59,647 bases of DNA from a virus, in the IMG/VR virus record IMGVR_UViG_3300044726_000022, positions 1 through 59,647 of that record; one strand, 5' to 3'. This document shows positions 51,149 through 58,677 of the stretch, one piece after another. Numbering within the stretch: the stretch's first letter is position 1; every line of letters begins with the position of its first letter. The position numbers and the translations under genes are program-made. The notes beneath the pieces were generated by a model. It worked only from the letters and a program-made list of their open reading frames with translations, searched no databases and had not been told where the DNA came from.

Positions 51149-51361
51149 ATGAACATCTCGAAGGGTGACGCCCAGTCCCTCGCCATCACCTACCACGCCT
51201 ACCTCGTGGCGGTTCACGCCCAGGACGACAGCGGCATCATCTGCTGGGGCGAGATGCTGGTCGCCGACATCAAGAAGACTGGCGTCCCCATCATGGAGGT
51301 GGCGCTGATCGAGAACATGATCGGCCACGCCAAGCGCGATCTCGCCAAGCTGGCCGCGTGA
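51149..51361 (+). CDS. hypothetical small protein
   Basis: 70 aa track ORF; leader CCGGAGCACGAC-ATG. Confidence 0.6.
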   Translation: MNISKGDAQSLAITYHAYLVAVHAQDDSGIICWGEMLVADIKKTGVPIMEVALIENMIGHAKRDLAKLAA

Positions 51362-51387
51362 ACGACCAACCAACAGGAGCACGACAG

Positions 51388-51615
51388 ATGACCACGATCC
51401 CGACCTACAAGATCTCGCTCTCGGAGGTGCTCGCCGCCTCCACCGCCAAGTCGCGCAAGCGCATCCTGGCCGCCATCGACGCCAAGCTGATCGGCGTCGA
51501 CCTCGTCGTGACGCCGGTCACCACCGTGACCATCGACCCGGCCGACGGCTCCTACGAGGCGTTCGTCACCGCCTACGACGCCGCCGTGGCGAAGCTCTCC
51601 AAGCAGGGGGGCTGA
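51388..51615 (+). CDS. hypothetical small protein
   Basis: 75 aa from ATG 51388; leader CAGGAGCACGACAG-ATG. Confidence 0.6.
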   Translation: MTTIPTYKISLSEVLAASTAKSRKRILAAIDAKLIGVDLVVTPVTTVTIDPADGSYEAFVTAYDAAVAKLSKQGG

Positions 51616-51618
51616 ACC

Positions 51619-51825
51619 ATGGCGGATCTCGGCAAGACCCAAAAGTCGGTGCTGCGCTGCCTGCGCGAGCACGGCTCCTGGCACGTCGGCTGCGGCTGGT
51701 TGTGGGACACTTATTCCGGCACCGCCCGCGTCATGGACAGCTTGGTCAAGCGCGGCCTCGCCACCGTCGAGCACGGCGGGACATATCACCGCGCCATCTA
51801 CTACCCGGTCAAGGAGGTGAAGTGA
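51619..51825 (+). CDS. hypothetical small protein (possibly winged-helix)
   Basis: 68 aa track ORF: ...KTQKSVLRCLREHGSWHV...MDSLVKRGLATVEH... Confidence 0.55.
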   Translation: MADLGKTQKSVLRCLREHGSWHVGCGWLWDTYSGTARVMDSLVKRGLATVEHGGTYHRAIYYPVKEVK

Positions 51826-52064
51826 TGGAGATCATGGCAGAGGCCCACCGCCGGGCGCGCTACGAGCGCAACCTCCAGATCTGCATCGCCCACGGCATCT
51901 TCTCGCCGCTGGGCGTCACCATGAGCAACGTCGCCGAATGGCGCGAGCGCATGGTCCGAGCCCTCGGCGTCCCGGCATCGGGCGTCGACAGCTACGCCGC
52001 CATCCTGGCGAACGAGCTGCGCTACATCCACCACCGCAACCGACGACAAAGGAGAGCAGCATGA
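51825..52064 (+). CDS. hypothetical small protein
   Basis: 79 aa from ATG 51825 (TGATG). Confidence 0.55.
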   Translation: MEIMAEAHRRARYERNLQICIAHGIFSPLGVTMSNVAEWRERMVRALGVPASGVDSYAAILANELRYIHHRNRRQRRAA

Positions 52065-52381
52065 CCAAGCGAGTAGCGACCAAGAAGAAGATGGGCAACC
52101 CTAATCTGCGGCTCTCTCCCAATGAGGTCAAGCAGCCGGACGAGGCCCAGAAGAAGGCGCGCGAGGCGCGTCAGAAGCGCTTCAGGTCCGCCTTCGACAA
52201 CTCGATGTCGCCAGAAATGCTGGGCGTCAAGGTCGACACGCTGCGGCACTGGAAAGGCGGCCGGTGGGTGCCGCCAGAGGCGGCAATGATCCTGATGACG
52301 TTCTACCGGACGATGGGCCCAGAGGCCTACACTGCCGTGTGGCGGATGCACCAGAGAGCTGTCAACCGAAAGGCCGCCTGA
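52061..52381 (+). CDS. basic HTH DNA-binding protein (Cro/XRE-like), last gene of the early + block
   Basis: 106 aa from ATG 52061 (ATGA overlap). ...MLGVKVDTLRHWKGGRWVPPEAAMIL... looks like an XRE-type HTH. Confidence 0.6.
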   Translation: MTKRVATKKKMGNPNLRLSPNEVKQPDEAQKKAREARQKRFRSAFDNSMSPEMLGVKVDTLRHWKGGRWVPPEAAMILMTFYRTMGPEAYTAVWRMHQRAVNRKAA

Positions 52382-52388
52382 AAAAGCA

Positions 52389-52413
52389 CCGGGCCCCGTC
52401 GCGTGGGGCCCGG
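52389..52413 (-). terminator. Rho-independent terminator (- strand), at the convergence of blocks iii and iv
   Basis: CCGGGCCCC-N7-GGGGCCCGG. On the - strand it is followed by TGCTTTTTCA. A second stem CGCGAG-N6-CTCGCG lies at 52421-52438. Confidence 0.75.
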
Positions 52414-52470
52414 TCAGTCGGCGCGAGGTCCTGCTCGCGGTCGGCAGTCAACACTCAGATCTCATCGCCG

Positions 52471-53271
52471 TCAAGGCGTATGCCCAGGATTGGCCGCAGG
52501 AGGCCGCTGGGCAGGCATGCGCGCCGCCCGGTGTGTTGGGCCCCCTCCCTCGCTCCACGTCACCCACGGCCTCTGTGGGGCTCCTGGCGGCAGCGGCTCG
52601 TGATCGGTCAAGTCAGTCTTCAGCTCGTGCGCGAGCTGCACCAGGGCCGTGTGCCAGACCACGTACTCCCAGCGCGCCTCGCCGATGGCTTCCGGCCTGG
52701 GGTCCAGCTCCACCGGGCAGTACGCTCCGTCCACCAGCCTGCCGCCAGGATCACGCGCGCGGATCGATCCGCCGGGGCCGAGCACCTTGGCCTTCCCGTT
52801 ATCTGCCTGGACCCGCACGAGCTTGACCGGGCCGGTGTCCCAGGTCGGGCTATTCCCCAGGCGCGCGTGCATCTCCACCAGGGCTCTCGGCGACGTCCGG
52901 TAGGCAACCTGCTCTGCCCGGTACAGCTCGACCGTCGCGCGCCGCCGGGTGATCATCCTGGCGACCGTGAGCACCGTCGTGTCGTCGCCGTCGATGTAGT
53001 GCGCCAAGTCCGGCATCAGGTGGTGCCGGACCCAGCTCCAGTTGACCGCCACGACCGGGTCCATCTCCCGCACCCGCCACTCGATGCGGAGCGCGTCCGG
53101 GTGCGGGGGACCAAGAACTGCCGGAAGCTTCGGGTGCAGCGGTGCTTCATCGACGCTGGTCCCCAGGTAGATCATCCGCTCCCACCCGGTGAGCGCCGAG
53201 ACGGTCTGCTTGGGCAGCTCGTCGCGGTAGGCCCAGGTCAGCAGCTTCTCGATGGGTATCCGTCTCCTCAT
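52471..53271 (-). CDS. hypothetical protein, last gene of the regulation/replication block
   Basis: 266 aa from ATG 53271 (ATGA overlap): MRRRIPIEKLLTWAYRDELPKQ... The upstream part of the track ORF is nonsense. Confidence 0.65.
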   Translation of the reverse strand: MRRRIPIEKLLTWAYRDELPKQTVSALTGWERMIYLGTSVDEAPLHPKLPAVLGPPHPDALRIEWRVREMDPVVAVNWSWVRHHLMPDLAHYIDGDDTTVLTVARMITRRRATVELYRAEQVAYRTSPRALVEMHARLGNSPTWDTGPVKLVRVQADNGKAKVLGPGGSIRARDPGGRLVDGAYCPVELDPRPEAIGEARWEYVVWHTALVQLAHELKTDLTDHEPLPPGAPQRPWVTWSEGGGPTHRAARMPAQRPPAANPGHTP

Positions 53272-53459
53272 TTGACTACCCACGAAAGGAGAGCGCCAAG
53301 CGCGTTCGGTGGCACGCCCCATGCAATGGCGACCGCCAGGGCATGCATCGGATCTTGATAGCGCCACGGCAGCGGCGGCTGCGGGCGCGGCCAATCGCGC
53401 CCCAGGTGCCCGAAATACCCCGGCAATTCGGGAATTGAGGGGGTGTACATCACGCCCAT
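53268..53459 (-). CDS. hypothetical small protein
   Basis: 63 aa track ORF. Confidence 0.5.
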   Translation of the reverse strand: MGVMYTPSIPELPGYFGHLGRDWPRPQPPLPWRYQDPMHALAVAIAWGVPPNALGALLSWVVK

Positions 53460-53815
53460 CAGTCACCCTTGAGCTTGCGGTTGGCGTTACCAGCCACCTC
53501 CAGCATGGTGACGACCCGGTCGATCACCCGGTCGAGGCAGGCCATGTCCTCAGTGTGCCCCTCCGCCTCCTCCCGCTCCTGCTGCAGGAAGGCGAGCACC
53601 CGCTCGTAGGCCGCGACGTCGCCGGGATGCGTGAGCTGATGCCAGGAGCGGATCGGCCGCACGACGACGTAGCCACCGACCTCCATGCCGATGGCCCCCT
53701 CGCGCGTGACGAACACCCGCGCCGGGCTCATGCCGGTCGGCGGGATCGGCTCCACGAACAGCTCCCTGTCGGTGTTCAGCCTCGGCTCGTTGTCGTCAGT
53801 CACGCACCCCTCCAT
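53459..53815 (-). CDS. hypothetical protein
   Basis: 118 aa track ORF. Confidence 0.6.
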   Translation of the reverse strand: MEGCVTDDNEPRLNTDRELFVEPIPPTGMSPARVFVTREGAIGMEVGGYVVVRPIRSWHQLTHPGDVAAYERVLAFLQQEREEAEGHTEDMACLDRVIDRVVTMLEVAGNANRKLKGD

Positions 53816-55431
53816 TTTTCTGCATGGGGTCCGTTACTCCCCCAGGCACGGCTCTCGCTGCGGCGCTTCTCCCTGATCCAGGCCTTCTTGCTCTCCTCGA
53901 TGTAGTCCAGGGTCGCGTCCGACACGAACGCCGCCGGGGCTACTTCGCGCGCTGGCCAGACGCCCAGCCGTTCGCGGTATTTGTTGGACGCCCAGCCGCT
54001 CTTGTAGCTGCGCTGCGCGCCGTAGCAGCGCAACTCCGCCAGGAACTGCAGCTTCTCGGCCATGTCGTCGGGATTGGGCCACCCGTCGCTGCGCCGCACC
54101 TTGGGCTTCGGCTTCAATTCGCGCAGCTCGCCTTCGAGCACCTCTTGCTTGCTGACGGCCTTCGCCGTGAACCCGCAGTTCGGGCACGTCGCGACCTTGG
54201 GCGGGCGCAGGAACGTGCATTGCGGGCACTCTTTCGGGAGCGTGATCCTGTCGGTGCGGTTGGCGCTCTTCTCGGCCCCGCAGTCGAGCCCGGTGTAGCT
54301 CTGGTCGATCTCGGTCACGAACCCCAGGCGGGTGTGGTTGTCACTGTGGTCGAGGATCAGGCAGTGGTCCTTGCCGGGCGCGGTCCTCAAGCCCCTGCCG
54401 ATGATCTGTACGAACAGCATGTCCGACTTGGTCGGGCGGCACATGCTGATGCACCGCACGTCCCAGTCTATACCTGTGGTCAAAGTGCCCACGTTCACCA
54501 CCACCGGGTAGGCACCTGACGCGAACTTCTCCCTGATCGACCGGCGGCCCTCGACCTCGATGCCTTCCTTGGTGATCTTCGTCTCGTCGCCGGTAAAGGC
54601 GTCCTGATAGCCGGTCGGGATGCCCGCTTCGAGGAACCGGCGCTGCAGCAGCTTGGCGTGCGCGCGGTCGACGGCGTAGCAGAGCGTCGGCCTCCCCTCC
54701 GCCTTCTCCAGCCACGTCTGCACCGCGTCGGCGACCAGGGCACCGCCCTGCATCACCTTGCTGGTGTCGCCCTCGTGGTAGTCGCCAGCGACCGTTCGAA
54801 CGCCGGTCATGTCAGGGTGCGACGGCGCGAACACCTTGAACGGCGACAGCCGCCCCTGCTCGATCAGATCCTCAGTCGTGGTGGCGACGATCAGGCACGG
54901 CTCGCGCTCAGCCGCCGGAACCTTCCACGGCCCCTGGAACAGCTTCCCCAGGCCCTTCGTCCATGGCGTGGCGCTGAGCCCGATCACCGGGCACTGCCAG
55001 CCGTCGACCTCGCTGAACCACTGCGTGTAGATCTGGAAGAGCCGATGCACCTCGTCCACCAGCACGAGATCCGCTGGCCACATTTTTCGCTTCATCAGCG
55101 TCTGCACCGACGCGATCTGCACCGGCATGTCCCAGTGCGATAGCTCGTGCGTGGCCTGGATGACGCCGACCTCGGTAATGCCCTGGCTCCTGAACATCTC
55201 GACCGTCTGGTCGATCAGGCCGAGCGCCGGAACGGTGAATAGCACCCGCTTATTGCGGGACAGCGCTCCCCTCACAATGGCGCTCGCCAGGACCGTCTTG
55301 CCGAACCCGGTCGGGGCTTGCATGCACACCCGGCGGTGACCCGCCGCTATCTTCTGTCGGAGAGCCTGCAAGGCCTCCATCTGGTCGTCGCGCAGCTCTT
55401 TCAGCGTCGTGCTCGGTGTTACGTCCAGCAT
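53800..55431 (-). CDS. superfamily-2 DEAD/DEAH-box helicase with C-terminal zinc ribbon
   Basis: 543 aa. Motif I MQAPTGFGKT, motif II LVLVDEVH, motif III GLSATP. Later CPQCTFLRPPKVATCPNCGF. Leader AGGAGCACGACG-ATG. Confidence 0.9.
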   Translation of the reverse strand: MLDVTPSTTLKELRDDQMEALQALRQKIAAGHRRVCMQAPTGFGKTVLASAIVRGALSRNKRVLFTVPALGLIDQTVEMFRSQGITEVGVIQATHELSHWDMPVQIASVQTLMKRKMWPADLVLVDEVHRLFQIYTQWFSEVDGWQCPVIGLSATPWTKGLGKLFQGPWKVPAAEREPCLIVATTTEDLIEQGRLSPFKVFAPSHPDMTGVRTVAGDYHEGDTSKVMQGGALVADAVQTWLEKAEGRPTLCYAVDRAHAKLLQRRFLEAGIPTGYQDAFTGDETKITKEGIEVEGRRSIREKFASGAYPVVVNVGTLTTGIDWDVRCISMCRPTKSDMLFVQIIGRGLRTAPGKDHCLILDHSDNHTRLGFVTEIDQSYTGLDCGAEKSANRTDRITLPKECPQCTFLRPPKVATCPNCGFTAKAVSKQEVLEGELRELKPKPKVRRSDGWPNPDDMAEKLQFLAELRCYGAQRSYKSGWASNKYRERLGVWPAREVAPAAFVSDATLDYIEESKKAWIREKRRSESRAWGSNGPHAEKWRGA

Positions 55432-55714
55432 CGTCGTGCTCCTCTGGGGTTGTCGTGCTCAGTGCGTCCGGCAGAATGACGCCGAACGTCGTCTCGAAGC
55501 TTGCGTACTCCTCTACGTCCAACAGGTGCAAGACACCTGCGCCGGACATCAGCCCTGCGGCCATGTCGTTGTTGATGATGCCCAACTTCAGGGCACCGCC
55601 GACCGCTGCCAGATCGCTTTGCATCTCCTCCAGACGGACCCACAGGCACCGCATCGTGTGCAGCAGGTAGGCCTGCCGGGGGTTCATGGCGTCGTCGATG
55701 TCGTGGTCATGCAT
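55250..55714 (-). CDS. hypothetical protein; 3' end uncertain
   Basis: 154 aa track ORF. The first ~95 aa look coding. The last ~60 codons overlap the helicase start by 182 nt and look out of frame (R/G/P-rich). Confidence 0.45.
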   Translation of the reverse strand: MHDHDIDDAMNPRQAYLLHTMRCLWVRLEEMQSDLAAVGGALKLGIINNDMAAGLMSGAGVLHLLDVEEYASFETTFGVILPDALSTTTPEEHDDAGRNTEHDAERAARRPDGGLAGSPTEDSGGSPPGVHASPDRVRQDGPGERHCEGSAVPQ

Positions 55715-55717
55715 TGG

Positions 55718-56005
55718 TCATTCCCACGGCGGCTTCGACAGGTCGCTCAGCACCTCCAGGGCGATGTCCGGCGGATTGGGCTCCAGCGGCTTCGTCTGCC
55801 TGATCCCCATCCGCTCCCGGTCGTAGGGCGTGAGCTGGTACCGCGCACCCTTCGCCTTGCGGCGCTCCTCCCTCCTGGCCCTGGCCTCCAGCTCGTCGCG
55901 CGGCCTGGAGGCCACCATCCTGCCGTTGTCGAGCACCTTGCCGGGCTCGTATTTTTCCTCCGTCGCCCAGTACTTCCGGGTCCGTCTCCAGTCCATCCCA
56001 GCCAT
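55718..56005 (-). CDS. hypothetical basic protein
   Basis: 95 aa from ATG 56005 (GGGAGA 5 nt upstream): MAGMDWRRTRKYWATEEKYEPGK... Confidence 0.6.
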   Translation of the reverse strand: MAGMDWRRTRKYWATEEKYEPGKVLDNGRMVASRPRDELEARARREERRKAKGARYQLTPYDRERMGIRQTKPLEPNPPDIALEVLSDLSKPPWE

Positions 56006-56509
56006 GCAAATCTCCCGATTTTGGACATACCTCCACTTTGTACCTCCAGAGATGGAGGCACGTTCCTCAAGGGGCGTCGAGGCGCGGAAGTGGACACCGC
56101 GCACGGCTTGGAGCCGTCGTCCCACTCGACGAAAGGGCTGCGCGCACGCCTGGGGCTGGACTGCGATGTGGGCCGGGACCACCGAGCGGACACCACGCAG
56201 CAACGGTTCTTGGCCAGCCATGGCCATGCTCAGCTCAGGCGGCGCTGCCTACAGTGGGATGGTGGGACCTCCGAGCACCATCCCCGCAGCAACAAGTCGC
56301 GGGCCGTCTGAACGACCTATGGCGGGATGACCTTGGGAGGGGGATTGATGCGCGGACGCCCATAGACTATATGGGGCACACGCTCTCCTCGTGGGGACAC
56401 CGAGCCACAGGATTGAGCGAGTACCGGGAATGGTTGGTCGTGCTCCCATCCCGGTGCGACCCTTTCGGGCCGCTCCTCAATCTGGGGGGCGGCCCGCTTC
56501 ATGTCAAGC
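56006..56509. other. structured non-coding segment (candidate ncRNA and/or iteron-type origin)
   Basis: No frame with the GC3 bias of real genes. Multiple 5-9 bp stems, including a nested three-way junction (56076-56130) and a 9-bp stem (56256-56284). Four same-orientation GGAC(A/C)CC-type repeats. Orphan leader copy at 56431-56447. Confidence 0.5.
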
Positions 56510-56935
56510 TCAGCGCGGCCTCGCCGGGATCTTGTAGATCGCCTTGTGGTGCGCGCAGTACGGCTCCTCGCCGATCCGGTCGAGCGCGCAGGTGCGCCAG
56601 ATATGCGGATCAGTGCCCTTCTCGTAGACCACCAGCGCCCGGCAATGTCTGTGATCGCGGTCGACCCACGGGATCGTCTCGCCGTGCTTCCGCACCGGCC
56701 TGGGGATAACTATGGGGATAACCGGCGACGGCTTCTTCCACCGACGGTGCTGCACCAGTCCGCTCCTGGCCCCCTGGCTGGAACCGCCCAGGCCCTGCAG
56801 GCCCATGCGGCGGACGTGGCCCATGATGGCCGACCGCGTGCTCTTGATCGCCTTAGCTATCTCGCCGGACGGCCTCTTGTCGAGCCACATCCGGCGGATC
56901 GTAGCCTTGTCTTCGTCACTCGTGGGGTGGGACAT
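56510..56935 (-). CDS. gcrA: GcrA-like cell-cycle transcriptional regulator
   Basis: 141 aa. N-terminal ...ATIRRMWLDKRPSGEIAKAIKSTRSAIMGHVRRMGL matches the GcrA N-terminal DNA-binding domain. C-terminal ...C..(x)..EEPYCAHHKAIY matches the GcrA C-terminal Cys/His pattern. Confidence 0.8.
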   Translation of the reverse strand: MSHPTSDEDKATIRRMWLDKRPSGEIAKAIKSTRSAIMGHVRRMGLQGLGGSSQGARSGLVQHRRWKKPSPVIPIVIPRPVRKHGETIPWVDRDHRHCRALVVYEKGTDPHIWRTCALDRIGEEPYCAHHKAIYKIPARPR

Positions 56936-57278
56936 TGGCCTTCAGCTTCTTTGGTCGGTACGGCAGCGGCGGGAATGCCGACTGGTCGTAGTGCTTGCAG
57001 CTCGCGGTGTAGTGCGGGATGCGGAAGTCAGGAGCGCTCTCCGTCATCAGCGCCACGCGCATCAGGCGGATGTACAAGTCGCAGCGCGCTGGCGTCAGCT
57101 CGTGCGGCTTGGCTCTGGAGTACGTCTCGCCGAGCCAGTAGACGCATTGCCTGCACGTCGTCCCCTTCGGGCCGGTGCCTGACCAGTGCGCCATGCCGTC
57201 GGGTGTGATGCGCTCGCGCTGGCCTTGCGCCGGGTCAGGCTGCGTCAGGTGGTTCCTCATTCGCGGCTCGCTGCTCAT
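56916..57278 (-). CDS. hypothetical Cys-containing protein
   Basis: 120 aa track ORF; SD GAGGAA 6 nt upstream. Overlaps the upstream gene end by 44 nt. Confidence 0.55.
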   Translation of the reverse strand: MSSEPRMRNHLTQPDPAQGQRERITPDGMAHWSGTGPKGTTCRQCVYWLGETYSRAKPHELTPARCDLYIRLMRVALMTESAPDFRIPHYTASCKHYDQSAFPPLPYRPKKLKANVPPHE

Positions 57279-57507
57279 CGAATTTCCTCACTCTCACCTT
57301 CACCGACTTCGGCATGCGCCAGCCGTGCGGCTCGCGGCGCAGATCGCGGCGCGTGCGAATGTACCCGTAATTAACCCTGATCCAGGCGAGGCACTGGCGC
57401 TTGGTCTTGAACAGCAGCGGCATGCCGCCATCGAATACGAGATGCGTGCGATGACCGTCGAGCGCGTTGGTGCTTTCAAATTGGATCGCCCAGAGCCACT
57501 TGCTCAT
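57235..57507 (-). CDS. hypothetical protein
   Basis: 90 aa from ATG 57507 (ATGA overlap): MSKWLWAIQFESTNALDGHRTHLVFDGG... Confidence 0.55.
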   Translation of the reverse strand: MSKWLWAIQFESTNALDGHRTHLVFDGGMPLLFKTKRQCLAWIRVNYGYIRTRRDLRREPHGWRMPKSVKVRVRKFDEQRAANEEPPDAA

Positions 57508-57710
57508 TTGATGATCGGCTCTCGCTGTAGTTCGTGAACGACGAACACCTTCCATCCCTTCTGCTTGCAGTAGTCGCGCACGCGGTCGCGCGACCACTTC
57601 TGCTTCGCCATGTACTTCACGATATCCGCAGCCTCGACCACGACATTGTCTCGCAGCACGATGCCGCAGTAGAAGTGCGGCGCGTCGATCACGGCCAGGA
57701 TCTCGATCAC
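57504..57710 (-). CDS. hypothetical small protein
   Basis: 68 aa from GTG 57710 (GTGA overlap with the rusA stop): VIEILAVIDAPHFYCGIVLRDN... Confidence 0.5.
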   Translation of the reverse strand: MIEILAVIDAPHFYCGIVLRDNVVVEAADIVKYMAKQKWSRDRVRDYCKQKGWKVFVVHELQREPIIK

Positions 57711-58102
57711 ACCGGCAGCACCAGCACGGTGCATCCGAGCGCAGCCTTGCCCCAGCCGACGTGGACGTTGTCGGAGAGCTTGTCATTGTCGACCAGCTCG
57801 ACGCGCTGGAGCCAGTCGAGCACTGCCTTGTTGTAGTTATCGGCGTCACCCCTGCGCTGGTCTTCGTCGAGCGTGATCCAGACCTCGAAGTGTCCGCGCA
57901 CCGGCTTCGGCATCTTGCCGAGCATGACCTTGTCGGCCTGCAGCTTCCATCGGGCGTAGAGCGGCGTCAGGTACATGTAGCTCTTGCCGTTGCGCGTCCG
58001 GCCCATGCGCCAGATGGCGTTGACCGACGGCGGGAACGGCAGCTCGATCACGAAGCCGTTGAGCGGTGCCGTCAATCCGGCTTGTGCGTCCCGCAGTACC
58101 AT
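57707..58102 (-). CDS. rusA: RusA-family Holliday junction resolvase
   Basis: 131 aa from ATG 58102 (GGGAGGGAGG upstream). ...LPFPPSVNAIWRMGRTRNGKSYMYLTPLYARWK...RRGDADNYNKAVLDWLQRVELVDND is the RusA signature. Confidence 0.8.
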   Translation of the reverse strand: MVLRDAQAGLTAPLNGFVIELPFPPSVNAIWRMGRTRNGKSYMYLTPLYARWKLQADKVMLGKMPKPVRGHFEVWITLDEDQRRGDADNYNKAVLDWLQRVELVDNDKLSDNVHVGWGKAALGCTVLVLPV

Positions 58103-58677
58103 GTGCCCTCCCTCCCCTTCAGCAGCGCCACGCCCCTGCCGTGCATGGCGTATGCACCGCAGACGATGCAGGTGTGAACCATCGCATGCGGCGGCGTGTT
58201 CTGTTCCCTGATGCGCTGCTCCAGCTCGTAGAGCGGGCGATAGGGCGGCGATGCGTACCAGCGCTTGGAGTGCTCGTCCCACTGCCCCGTCTCCTTGACC
58301 TCGGCCGCGAACCGCCACCCGATCAGCCACACACCCTCCGCGCCCTGCACGGTGTGAACGAGCACATACGGCCGGTCGTCGTGGTCTTTCGGGCGGGCGT
58401 AGAGGTTGCGGTTGCGGGCGTAGACTGATCGCGTCCTGACCTCGATGTCGCGCCCGACATCCGGCTCATCGATCTTGCCGACGCTCTGGTGCCACTTCTC
58501 GCCGAAATGCTTGGCGACGGCGGCCTCGCCGACGGCACCGATCCGGTCGTACATCGGATCGGGATCGAGGCCGCCCTGGTTCTGGTAGCCCTGCTGCCGG
58601 GCGTAGGCGAAGCGCCGCGCGCCGACATCCTTGGCCTTCTCCAACCACCTCGGAGAGAGCGTCACGAAGGCGCTCAT
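58072..58677 (-). CDS. possible PD-(D/E)XK-fold nuclease with Cys-rich C-terminus
   Basis: 201 aa from ATG 58677 (ATGA overlap). ...IGAVGEAAVAKHFG...IDEPDVGRDIEVRTRS... resembles the D...(D/E)xK core. C-terminal HTCIVCG...WYCGTHK. Confidence 0.45.
   Translation of the reverse strand: MSAFVTLSPRWLEKAKDVGARRFAYARQQGYQNQGGLDPDPMYDRIGAVGEAAVAKHFGEKWHQSVGKIDEPDVGRDIEVRTRSVYARNRNLYARPKDHDDRPYVLVHTVQGAEGVWLIGWRFAAEVKETGQWDEHSKRWYASPPYRPLYELEQRIREQNTPPHAMVHTCIVCGAYAMHGRGVALLKGREGTWYCGTHKPD

Noticed and set aside
55747-56709. ORFs inside the non-coding segment (55747..56196, 56038..56709, 56249..56449, 56317..56502)
   Set aside because: By eye, third-position G+C is only about half in 56249..56449, against a clear majority in real genes. 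There is no SD at proper spacing, and the products are compositionally implausible. A decayed pseudogene remains possible.
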